From the IMG/VR virus record IMGVR_UViG_3300030451_003374, positions 68,947 to 132,946 of that record: a DNA stretch of 64,000 nucleotides. One strand, 5' to 3'. Shown here piece after piece: positions 9,327 to 17,572 of this stretch. Every line of letters begins with the position of its first letter. The stretch's first letter is position 1. Below the pieces are notes generated by a model. That model ran no database searches. It was not told where the DNA came from and was given only the letters and a program-made list of their open reading frames with translations. The position numbers and the translations under genes are program-made. Source of the DNA: a virus.

Positions 9327-10627
9327 TTGTTTTCTTTGATATATTTTATTATAACATGATCTATGTAGTCTAGCATGTCCACCGTAATAACTGGTGAACA
9401 CCCTATAAAGAACACGTTGTCTAGAACTTCTGAAGCTCTGGGATAGTTTGATGCAGGTTCGATATGCCTATAAGCAGGATGCATAAGAATATTACCAGCA
9501 AAATAATTCCTCGTCTGGATTCCATGATCTTCTAGATACTTTACAAGGTGGTGTTTACCGTCCTTATATATTATCGGAACTCCAAACCAAGAGGTCTCAG
9601 CATGTTCTTTCTCTTCAACAACCCTGCAACCAGGAATTTGGTTGAAGACCTGAGTGAGTGCTCCTTTATTCATACGACGGACACAATGTATCTCTGTCTG
9701 CTTCTCCAACTGCACAAGTCCAATAGACCCTTGCAGATCGGCAGGCTTGAGGTTGTATCCTTGGACGCCAAAGACATACTTATGATCGACATCTTGGTCG
9801 TACCCTTCCAACCAGCGATCAAATCTCTTTCCACAGACACCGTTGGGCAATTTATTTTGGGCACCTACACAGTAACATCCACGACCCCACCAAGCAAACG
9901 ATCTGGCGATCTGAACTATCTCCTCGATATTAGAGGAGATCATTCCACCTTCAATCGTGCAGATATGATGTGCTGGATAGAAAGAACAAGACGCTGCGAC
10001 GGCTTTTTTAGTCAGCAACTCACCTCTCCACTTGCTACCCAAGGAGTCACAGTTGTCAGCGATGTAATGCAATCTGTTCCTATCAAGAATCTTAAAAAAC
10101 TGATCGAAGTCATAGGGATTACCAAGAACAGGTGAAGAGAAAACAGCAACAGTTCTAGGTGTAAGTTTATCTTCTATCTGTTGTAGGTTCCAATTCAAAT
10201 CTTCCATGTCTATGTCTACAAAGACAGGTTTCAATCCATTCTGAATGATAGGGTTGATAGTAGTAGGGAAACCACATGCACATACTATTATTTCATCTCC
10301 ATCATGCCAATCAAAATATTTTTTCAACGCAGCAATCATCACTAGGTTAGCAGACGAACCACTGTTGACCATGACAGAGTGCTTGAAGTCAAACTTCTTA
10401 GAGAATGCACGTTCAAACTTGTTGACATTCTCTCCTGCTGGCAACCACTTACCACCTAGTAGTGTTGTAATAGCAGCAGTAACTTCTCTATTGTCCCAGT
10501 AAGGACCTGAGTAATAAATGGGATCGCCTGGTTTCCAATTCTTGTTTGGAAGATAAGGCATGATATCATATCCACCTTTCTCAAGACTGAATATGAAGTT
10601 GTCGACCTGTTCTCCTAGGTTATACAT
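9323..10627 (-). CDS. rfbH: RfbH/E1-type PMP- and [2Fe-2S]-dependent NDP-4-keto-6-deoxyhexose 3-dehydrase (DegT family)
   Basis: VNSGSSANL; SFYPAHHI with His at the usual PLP-Lys position; WGRGCYC...CGKRF Cys cluster; GYNLKP; TRNYFAGN. Confidence 0.85.
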   Translation of the reverse strand: MYNLGEQVDNFIFSLEKGGYDIMPYLPNKNWKPGDPIYYSGPYWDNREVTAAITTLLGGKWLPAGENVNKFERAFSKKFDFKHSVMVNSGSSANLVMIAALKKYFDWHDGDEIIVCACGFPTTINPIIQNGLKPVFVDIDMEDLNWNLQQIEDKLTPRTVAVFSSPVLGNPYDFDQFFKILDRNRLHYIADNCDSLGSKWRGELLTKKAVAASCSFYPAHHICTIEGGMISSNIEEIVQIARSFAWWGRGCYCVGAQNKLPNGVCGKRFDRWLEGYDQDVDHKYVFGVQGYNLKPADLQGSIGLVQLEKQTEIHCVRRMNKGALTQVFNQIPGCRVVEEKEHAETSWFGVPIIYKDGKHHLVKYLEDHGIQTRNYFAGNILMHPAYRHIEPASNYPRASEVLDNVFFIGCSPVITVDMLDYIDHVIIKYIKENK

Positions 10628-11433
10628 AAATCTTTGACAATAAATTCATTGGTAATGTGCTGTGCAAAACCTAACTTCCTCAACTTAGATGTATCTAACC
10701 AGAAGTGTTGTGTCTGCACGTTGTTATGGAACTCTGGTGGATCAATGTTTATAATCTCACCACGAGATCTTGTGAAGTGTTTAGCGAGTTCTACAATCTC
10801 ACTAACCTTAGTGGGTTGTCCTGACCCTATGTTGTAGATTTCATTCAACTCACCCTTGTCCATAACAAGTTTCATTGCTCTACATACATCCTTGACATGC
10901 ATTATATCACGACAATGAGATCCATTATCATATACTTTGATATCACGATCTTGTTTCAATTCATTTACCATCCATTGGATAGCATTCTTTTTCCTACTGG
11001 CATTAGTATCTCCTTCACCCATGACATTACATAGTCTCAGGATTCTATACTTCATCCCCGTCGTTTGAGCGAAAGAAATGATAAGATCTTCTGCACACTT
11101 CTTGGTAATAGAATAAAATCCTGTTGGTTTGCAATCCGATACTTCTGTGGCGGGAAGTGCTCCCCCTTTTCCATAGACAAACCATGAGGAAACGAAGTTG
11201 AATGTGATGTCTTCTGATCTACAGAAGTCGAGTGTTTCACAAAGGACTCGAAGATTTGTTTCGACATCCAAAGTGATCTGATCATGTACATTGTAGTTGT
11301 GTGTGGTTGAGATCATGTACAGGATGTCATTGTGCCTTGGCACTCTATCATCTCTCTCCTGTACTTCAACCTGTTCCTTGTATAGGTTTTTGAAATGCTT
11401 ACCTATGAAACCGTGACCGTAAAGTGAAATCAT
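10615..11433 (-). CDS. NAD-dependent epimerase/reductase (extended SDR)
   Basis: GHGFIG, FVSSWFVYG, YSITK (YxxxK), RLCNVMG, YNIGSG. Confidence 0.85.
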   Translation of the reverse strand: MISLYGHGFIGKHFKNLYKEQVEVQERDDRVPRHNDILYMISTTHNYNVHDQITLDVETNLRVLCETLDFCRSEDITFNFVSSWFVYGKGGALPATEVSDCKPTGFYSITKKCAEDLIISFAQTTGMKYRILRLCNVMGEGDTNASRKKNAIQWMVNELKQDRDIKVYDNGSHCRDIMHVKDVCRAMKLVMDKGELNEIYNIGSGQPTKVSEIVELAKHFTRSRGEIINIDPPEFHNNVQTQHFWLDTSKLRKLGFAQHITNEFIVKDLCIT

Positions 11434-12374
11434 ACTAACTTTTCAAGATACCATGTGATAGTAGCACGAATCCCTACTTCAAAATCTGTAGTAGGTCTCC
11501 ATCCTGTGCGTTGTGTAATCTTACTATGATCCATTCCATATCGTTTGTCAATGCCAGGTCTTTCATTGCTGATACCAATCAGATCATGTGGTTTCTTCAG
11601 CATATCTAATATCATTATAGTAACATCTATATTTCTCTTCTCACATGATCCACCTACGTTGAAGTGATCGTTGATTATATTCTTCTCTTCCAGTTTCCAT
11701 ATTGCAGAACAATGATCGTAAACATATAACCAATCTCTTACTTGATGTCCACCTTGATGCATGTATGTAATCTTATTTCTAAACGCATTGTATATAACTT
11801 TAGGTATCAACTTCTCTACATGTTGATGAGGACCATAGTTGTTAGAGCAGTTAGTAATAAGGTAAGGTAGACCATAAGTGTTATGCCACGTCTTGACAAA
11901 ATGGTCAGACGCTGCTTTGCTTGCTGAGTACGGATTTCTAGGGTCATATGGTGTTGTCTCCTTGAATAATACCTTGTCATAATATTCTAAAGAACCATAC
12001 ACTTCATCAGTAGATATGTGATGGAACTTCTCTACGTTATGTCTTAGACTGGCATTCAATAAATTGATTGTGCCAATTACATTTGCTTCTAAGAAAGGTC
12101 TGTAGTTAGTTATACTATTATCAACGTGTGACTCAGCAGCGAAGTGAAATACTTTCTTGATCTTATACTTGTCAAAGATATAATTTACATTCTCCTCCTG
12201 TGATATATCACAGTACTCAAATATAAACTGATCATTGAGTGGCATGTATTGTTTGTCAGCAGCATAAGATAGGTTGTCAATGATGATAACCTGATCATCT
12301 ACACCAGTATATTTTTTGAGATAGTGTAGGAAGTTACTGCCAATAAATCCTGCACCACCTGTAACTAGGAACAT
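11430..12374 (-). CDS. rfbB: dTDP-glucose 4,6-dehydratase
   Basis: VTGGAGFIGSNF, HFAAESHVDNSI, HISTDEVYGSL, PYSASKAASDH, NCSNNYGP. Confidence 0.93.
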   Translation of the reverse strand: MFLVTGGAGFIGSNFLHYLKKYTGVDDQVIIIDNLSYAADKQYMPLNDQFIFEYCDISQEENVNYIFDKYKIKKVFHFAAESHVDNSITNYRPFLEANVIGTINLLNASLRHNVEKFHHISTDEVYGSLEYYDKVLFKETTPYDPRNPYSASKAASDHFVKTWHNTYGLPYLITNCSNNYGPHQHVEKLIPKVIYNAFRNKITYMHQGGHQVRDWLYVYDHCSAIWKLEEKNIINDHFNVGGSCEKRNIDVTIMILDMLKKPHDLIGISNERPGIDKRYGMDHSKITQRTGWRPTTDFEVGIRATITWYLEKLV

Positions 12375-12574
12375 AAGTCTATAAGTTTATCAATGTATGC
12401 TTTTGCCTTCTTTAGGTCTTGGACTTTATCGTCCTTGTATCCTGCACGACAGACATACTTCACTACATTACCAGTGAAGAAATCAAGTCCTTGATCTGCT
12501 ATGAAATCCCAGACTTGTATCTTACCACGTTGGTAATGTGCAGGGTCTTCTGGTTTGAAATCATCTGGATTCAT
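12365..12574 (-). CDS. DUF3310-like phage protein
   Basis: PAHY...GNVVKYVCRAGYK....DLKKAKAYI; start at ATG 12574 (TAATG coupling). Confidence 0.8.
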   Translation of the reverse strand: MNPDDFKPEDPAHYQRGKIQVWDFIADQGLDFFTGNVVKYVCRAGYKDDKVQDLKKAKAYIDKLIDLCS

Positions 12575-12936
12575 TAGTAGTGACCCCATGCAAAATGATC
12601 TACACGATTATAATCATCTTGTAGTCTTACAATATCATCTTCCTGACAGTCACCTCTTTGTACTTCTATAATTCTTATTCCCTTCTTACCACCCTGTATA
12701 CGATGACGTTGTTCAACCTGTATGAAGAATGTATCACCAACTTTACATGGTGTCTCAAGATTACCTTGAGTTATTATACCGTCACCTTCTACAACAACCC
12801 AGTCCTCAGTGCGGTACCTATGAAATTGTAGAGAGATTCTCATCTCTGGTTCTATGAACAGTTCTTTGACACAATAATTGTCACCCCTCCTCAAGACAGT
12901 GAAGTAACCCCATGGTCTTCTTTCTTTTTCAATCAT
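12574..12936 (-). CDS. Cupin, mannose-6-phosphate isomerase type II C-terminal domain
   Basis: RPWG, ISLQFHRYRTEDWVVVEG, HRI...IIEVQRG...EDDIVRLQDDY. Confidence 0.85.
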   Translation of the reverse strand: MIEKERRPWGYFTVLRRGDNYCVKELFIEPEMRISLQFHRYRTEDWVVVEGDGIITQGNLETPCKVGDTFFIQVEQRHRIQGGKKGIRIIEVQRGDCQEDDIVRLQDDYNRVDHFAWGHY

Positions 12937-13163
12937 CCAATAAACCCCGTATTCAATAGATCATACTCCAAGTTCTCCATAATAACATCGTAATCTCTAT
13001 CTCTATCATTGTAAAAGTAAATGTCCTGTGACTGATAGAAAGACTTTAGAGAATCATAAAGATTAGGATGATCATACTCTAAGTCTATCTTATTTTCAAC
13101 AGCAGATACAAGTAATTGAGATTTGTTTTTGAATCTCGAAAGAAAAGATCCCTTCTTCGACAT
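12933..13163 (-). CDS. Hypothetical cyanophage protein
   Basis: Start moved to MSKKG (13163) because the longer start lies inside a consensus promoter. Confidence 0.65.
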   Translation of the reverse strand: MSKKGSFLSRFKNKSQLLVSAVENKIDLEYDHPNLYDSLKSFYQSQDIYFYNDRDRDYDVIMENLEYDLLNTGFIG

Positions 13164-13185
13164 TGTTTTTTGAACTAACGACATA

Positions 13186-13215
13186 ATTATACTGTTCATT
13201 CACCTCAGTTGTCAA
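13186..13215 (-). promoter_or_regulatory. Sigma70-type (early) promoter TTGACA-N18-TATAAT heading the sugar island
   Basis: TTGACA at 13215-13210 and TATAAT at 13191-13186. Confidence 0.7.
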
Positions 13216-13744
13216 GGAAGTAATCATACTCATTTAGAGTGACCACATTGACGTTGATTGCTATCCGATATTCCTTTGTTTTAGATGGCAAAGGTGAGTG
13301 ATAGTATGTAGCAGGGAAGATAAGGAGTTCACCTTCCACTGGTTTATGTATATACTCTTCTCCACCCAATAAAAACATGATGTCACCTGACTGTGGTGGT
13401 TTCCGTAGGTAGAAGACAGTAGATATATCTTTCTTTACTTTCTCAGGCATGTGGTTGTGCATAAAACTCACAGTCCTATCTTGATTAGATACGTACGCCC
13501 AACTCTTATTGAATATTCTATCTGGTATATCTGCCTTAGGATATAGTGTTATAACCTCTTGTTTTATTATATCAAACAGAGGTTGAAAGAATCCTAGATT
13601 GTTTGGTGCTATATCAAATACATATTCACCTCTCTTATAGTTTTTATTACTCCACTTATGTTGTAGTATTAGTTTCTTGCAGAGCAGTTCTACATCATCT
13701 GCCCAGTCTAATCCTATATGTTTTGAGATTATATTATCTCTCAT
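13205..13744 (-). CDS. 2OG-Fe(II) oxygenase-like
   Basis: HNH facial residues, SGDIMF, LLIFPATYYHSP, RIAINVN; probable start ATG 13744. Confidence 0.7.
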   Translation of the reverse strand: MRDNIISKHIGLDWADDVELLCKKLILQHKWSNKNYKRGEYVFDIAPNNLGFFQPLFDIIKQEVITLYPKADIPDRIFNKSWAYVSNQDRTVSFMHNHMPEKVKKDISTVFYLRKPPQSGDIMFLLGGEEYIHKPVEGELLIFPATYYHSPLPSKTKEYRIAINVNVVTLNEYDYFLDN

Positions 13745-14267
13745 GTATGTCAGTACTATTCTCTTTAGGTAGACCACAGAATATCTGAACACTCTTTCTA
13801 TTACCAAATGATTCATTGACCATGATAGGTGTCACAGCATGATCTTCTCCCTGCTCATTTATCATAAGCATATTTCTTTGAGGGTGAATACACTTCAATT
13901 CACCAGTCAACTTCTCTCTCCACATGAATACACCACCCTTCTCTGGTTCCCATGTGTTTAGATATAATGTAGCACCATATAAACTTGCTTTATCATCATG
14001 CCAATTGATACCAGAACCTGGTAACCACAAGTGATAGTTTATGTTCGTAGGAATTTGATCAAAGTATTGAGTCAACTGGTTACGGAGGTCATTGAACTGA
14101 TAGACCTCTGGTCTGGATGAGAAACAATACTGTTTGAATCCTTTCGTTAGTTTCTCATCCCACTTCCATTTACTTATACCCCATACGTCTTGCTTCCTCT
14201 TCCTATTCATCTCATCGAGGCATCTGTCGATGAGTTCTTCTGATACTGCGTTATGAATGATTCGCAT
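13734..14267 (-). CDS. 2OG-Fe(II) oxygenase / prolyl hydroxylase-like
   Basis: WHDD, TLYLN, GGVF, HAVTPI, RKSVQIF. Confidence 0.8.
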   Translation of the reverse strand: MRIIHNAVSEELIDRCLDEMNRKRKQDVWGISKWKWDEKLTKGFKQYCFSSRPEVYQFNDLRNQLTQYFDQIPTNINYHLWLPGSGINWHDDKASLYGATLYLNTWEPEKGGVFMWREKLTGELKCIHPQRNMLMINEQGEDHAVTPIMVNESFGNRKSVQIFCGLPKENSTDIHER

Positions 14268-14910
14268 TTGCTATGCTCTCTAGGTCTGCATTGAATAGTT
14301 CTAACCCCTTGTCAGTCAAGATGTGGTTGTACATCTTTTCAAATACTGATGGTGGCATTGTAACTATGTCAGCACCTCTAGCGAATGAACCAGACACACC
14401 AGACACATCTCTAATAGATGCAGATAGTATCTCTGTAGCACTCACACCTTGTACTGAGAATATGTTACTGATCTCTTGAATCAATTCTAATCCATCTACA
14501 GAGTTGTCATTCAATCTACCAACGAAAGGAGAAACATACTTTGCTCCTGCCTTTGCTGCAAGGATTGCCTGTGCTGCTGAGAATATCAAAGTTACATTTA
14601 CATTTATAAGATTTCTTTTCAACTCTCTGCATACCCATAGACCTTCAACAGTACATGGAACCTTGATGGTTGCAACCTTTCCGAACAGAGTAGAGAGTCT
14701 CTTACCTTCTTCTACCATCTCCATAGCATTACCACCAACTTCCATGCTGATGTCAGTGAGTCCTAACTCTGCTAACTCTTCATAGACTTTGATGGGATCT
14801 CTACCACTCTTACGTATAAGTGTTGGGTTTGTTGTGACACCGTCTATAAGACCAGTGACATAGTGCTTGTTGATCACTTCTGTGTCAGCAGTGTCAAGAA
14901 AAATTCTCAT
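14251..14910 (-). CDS. talC: Transaldolase, TalC/MipB family (cyanophage auxiliary metabolic gene)
   Basis: IFLDTAD, GVTTNPTLI, catalytic IKVP, VTLIFS, YVSPFVGRL, ASIR. Confidence 0.95.
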   Translation of the reverse strand: MRIFLDTADTEVINKHYVTGLIDGVTTNPTLIRKSGRDPIKVYEELAELGLTDISMEVGGNAMEMVEEGKRLSTLFGKVATIKVPCTVEGLWVCRELKRNLINVNVTLIFSAAQAILAAKAGAKYVSPFVGRLNDNSVDGLELIQEISNIFSVQGVSATEILSASIRDVSGVSGSFARGADIVTMPPSVFEKMYNHILTDKGLELFNADLESIANANHS

Positions 14911-14945
14911 GTTTCTAGGTATTTTTATCGTTGGATATATATTAT

Positions 14946-14953
14946 CATAAATA
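14946..14953 (+). promoter_or_regulatory. T4-type late promoter (CATAAATA)
   Basis: 7/8 match to TATAAATA, 24 nt before ATG 14977. Confidence 0.6.
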
Positions 14954-14976
14954 CGGCTAGAATGCTACGTATAAGA

Positions 14977-15468
14977 ATGAAAAAACTTATTCCTTTTATT
15001 ATGTTAGCGTTAGCTGCTCCGATGACTGCTCGTGCAGACATTACTCACAGACTGTCATCAAGTGTTCAGTTACAAGTGAACGCAGCAGCAACACAGGTTG
15101 AGAGGATCGGATCCTCATTCTCGATAACGGGTAACGGTGTCGATACAACAGATGGTACAACAGCTGGTACTGTTTCGGTTGGTACTATAACTTCAGGTGT
15201 TTATGCTCCTGGTACTATAGCAGCAACTCAGGATGTACCTGGTGCAGCTTTCAGCTTTACCCAGTCATACACTCAAGCAGATGCTGTTTCAACATCAGCA
15301 CCAACAGTAGGTACTGTAGGAAACTTCAGTAACCAAACTTCAACTGCTGCTGGTACAAAAGACACACTCGCTGGAACTATAACCAGTGCAGGGGTTATGA
15401 CACTAACTGCTGGTGGTGCAGGTACTTCAGCTACAGGACAGCATGTCACTGAACTTACTATAAGATAA
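14977..15468 (+). CDS. Exported Thr/Gly/Ala-rich beta protein
   Basis: Sec-type signal MKKLIPFIMLALAAPMTARA; start at ATG 14977, downstream of the late promoter. Confidence 0.75.
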   Translation: MKKLIPFIMLALAAPMTARADITHRLSSSVQLQVNAAATQVERIGSSFSITGNGVDTTDGTTAGTVSVGTITSGVYAPGTIAATQDVPGAAFSFTQSYTQADAVSTSAPTVGTVGNFSNQTSTAAGTKDTLAGTITSAGVMTLTAGGAGTSATGQHVTELTIR

Positions 15469-15484
15469 GGAGTTATGGTAACAA

Positions 15485-15928
15485 ATGAACTTGTATCGTG
15501 CGATAACTGTCAGTGCACTTGTCCTTGCGACTGCACCGACTGCGATTGCAGTCCCTGTGGTCCCTAACTTCACACAGGGCTCGATGACCAGCCACACGGA
15601 GACGACGTCTACCGTGACAGAGACCATTAATTCTATGGATTACTCGACAGGCTGGACATACTCGGTAACGGGGACAAACGTACAACACGATGGCACGAGC
15701 ATATCTCCTGATGTGGGGAGTGCTCAATCTAATACTTTGAATGGAGTGACTTCATCATGGACTGGTTTAGACTTAGAACAAAAACCAAACTGGACACAGC
15801 AAAACGTAGGACAATCGTTCCAATTCACGGAGCACTACAATGGCCCAGGCTTACAGACACAGACAATAATACAAAGAACAACAACAATACAAAGCGTCAC
15901 AGATACAACCTCAATCTTCAGTCAATAA
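15485..15928 (+). CDS. Exported Thr/Ser-rich beta protein
   Basis: Signal peptide MNLYRAITVSALVLATAPTAIA; VVPNFTQG and FQFTEHYNGPG segments. Confidence 0.75.
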   Translation: MNLYRAITVSALVLATAPTAIAVPVVPNFTQGSMTSHTETTSTVTETINSMDYSTGWTYSVTGTNVQHDGTSISPDVGSAQSNTLNGVTSSWTGLDLEQKPNWTQQNVGQSFQFTEHYNGPGLQTQTIIQRTTTIQSVTDTTSIFSQ

Positions 15929-16779
15929 GTACATCAGTACTATCCGTCCTTAGTCTTTTTACCATAACTACCCCAGTCTTAGCAAACACAGACGTGGGGG
16001 GAGTTTCTGCTACCGCTAATCCAGTCGCCAACTCTTCAGGCTCAGTAACCAATCAAGCTATACAGGTATTACAAGGACCTTATATTACCAACACTTATAG
16101 TAATGGTATACAGTGTCAAGGTGCTACCATGAACCTTACTCCGTTCTTCACTGGGAGTCTCAGCGAGCAGCATCCTTACGAAGATTATTGGATGGATCCA
16201 GTGTACAACATGCTAGACGCCAATGATGACGGTGTACCCGATAATCCAGGTGAAATTTTATTTTATAAACCAACAAGAACAGGTCAGAAGAACAACCAGA
16301 ATATATCAATAGGTATCAGTGGTACTATAAGTTGGCCACTTGATAAGAAATTGACTCAGTTATGTAAAGAGGCAGCAACACAGCAGATAGCATTCATCGA
16401 GCAGACAAATGCCAACAAGAGATTGGACTTTGAGATCGCTCGTTTAAAAAATTGTGGAGAACTAATGAAGGCTGGAATTATGTTCCATCCAAAGTCTCCT
16501 TACTACTCTGTATGTGCTGATGTTGTATTGGTAAACCCACCAAATACATTACCAAATCACACTCACTCTATCCCTTCGTCTTCTTATTCTTTTTCGGAAC
16601 CTTCAAAGGAGGTAGACCCCTCTTCTCCCGATACTTATTTGATCTCACCTCCTGAGGAGACAAAGTCCGATGACGTCCCAGTTTCTTCTTCACAGTATCA
16701 GTTGCCTTCTTTATTAGAGGTTTCACAGCCCTCAGAATCAAATCCGCTAGGGGTTTTGCAAATAGGGCAGACGCAGTAG
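15757..16779 (+). CDS. Exported Cys-containing protein, start codon uncertain
   Basis: Hydrophobic signal-like SVLSVLSLFTITTPVLA followed by VGGVSATANPVANSSGSVTNQAIQVLQG; four Cys (CQG, LCK, NCG, VCA). Confidence 0.7.
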   Translation: MDWFRLRTKTKLDTAKRRTIVPIHGALQWPRLTDTDNNTKNNNNTKRHRYNLNLQSISTSVLSVLSLFTITTPVLANTDVGGVSATANPVANSSGSVTNQAIQVLQGPYITNTYSNGIQCQGATMNLTPFFTGSLSEQHPYEDYWMDPVYNMLDANDDGVPDNPGEILFYKPTRTGQKNNQNISIGISGTISWPLDKKLTQLCKEAATQQIAFIEQTNANKRLDFEIARLKNCGELMKAGIMFHPKSPYYSVCADVVLVNPPNTLPNHTHSIPSSSYSFSEPSKEVDPSSPDTYLISPPEETKSDDVPVSSSQYQLPSLLEVSQPSESNPLGVLQIGQTQ

Positions 16780-17368
16780 CAACTGTTGCTATGACTGCTG
16801 TGGTAGTAACCACGTTTGTTGATGGTAAAAATTTTTCAACAGCAGTAGTAGGTTCATATAATACTACACAGGTCGTGCCTTGGAGTTCATGACCTATAAC
16901 CTTCTCATCTCCACTCGCAGTTAAATCACCGACTCTTGGTTGACCTGGTGCAGGACATGGTTGTTCCTCTGTACCTAGATCAGTAGTCTCAGGAACCTCT
17001 GGTGCACCTGGTGGTTCTGGTGGTGGTTGTACATTTGGTGGTGGTGCTTCTGTCGTTATTATTATATCTTCTGGTACATAGTCCATCGCATCAAAGGATG
17101 GATACTGACCGTCACATAAAACAACAGTCCCATCACTGTCATCCGTGACAAGTGAGGGACTTTTTCCTTCGTCTTCTGGGTGTGCTTCCACACAACCTGG
17201 TAAATCTACTATTGGTTTCCCAATGTACACTGTAACTGGGACTGTTACGTTAGGTACAGAGGGTGCATTGAATACTTTTACATCTGGCACATTGAGAACT
17301 CTGATAGGAGGTATAGTTACCTCTATCTTATTCACACTTGGAGAGTGTATGAAGTCAAGTTCTTCCAT
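16568..17368 (-). CDS. Pro-rich membrane protein with basic C-terminal tail
   Basis: PPPNVQPPPEPP linker, TM-like VVTTTAVIATVATASALFA, Lys/Arg-rich tail. Confidence 0.7.
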   Translation of the reverse strand: MEELDFIHSPSVNKIEVTIPPIRVLNVPDVKVFNAPSVPNVTVPVTVYIGKPIVDLPGCVEAHPEDEGKSPSLVTDDSDGTVVLCDGQYPSFDAMDYVPEDIIITTEAPPPNVQPPPEPPGAPEVPETTDLGTEEQPCPAPGQPRVGDLTASGDEKVIGHELQGTTCVVLYEPTTAVEKFLPSTNVVTTTAVIATVATASALFAKPLADLILRAVKPLIKKATDTVKKKLGRHRTLSPQEVRSNKYREKRGLPPLKVPKKNKKTKG

Positions 17369-17525
17369 CTTCTAAGTAACAATACTCACATGCATTTGGG
17401 TGACCTATGAGTTCTGGGATGTCATGCTTTGCTTGCTGTAGTGCTTGGAAAGCATCCTCTGCGTACTCACAGATCTCTATAACGTTGTTCATCATGTCAT
17501 GATAACCTACGACATAGTGTTTCAT
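17355..17525 (-). CDS. 56-aa small cyanophage protein
   Basis: Hand translation: MKHYVVGYHDMMNNVIEICEYAEDAFQALQQAKHDIPELIGHPNACEYCYLEDGRT; fills an otherwise empty gap. Confidence 0.7.
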   Translation of the reverse strand: MKHYVVGYHDMMNNVIEICEYAEDAFQALQQAKHDIPELIGHPNACEYCYLEDGRT

Positions 17526-17572
17526 AGTTCTGTATTATTTACTACATTACTATGTACTATACCACAGGTATC

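Noticed and set aside
15850-15895. AAC/ACA microsatellite-like run
   Set aside because: Simply Thr/Gln codons of the 15485-15928 gene; not a repeat element
15757-17368. Rz/Rz1 spanin pair suggested by overlapping envelope genes
   Set aside because: The overlap is antisense and 3'-3', and no lipobox Cys follows the signal peptides
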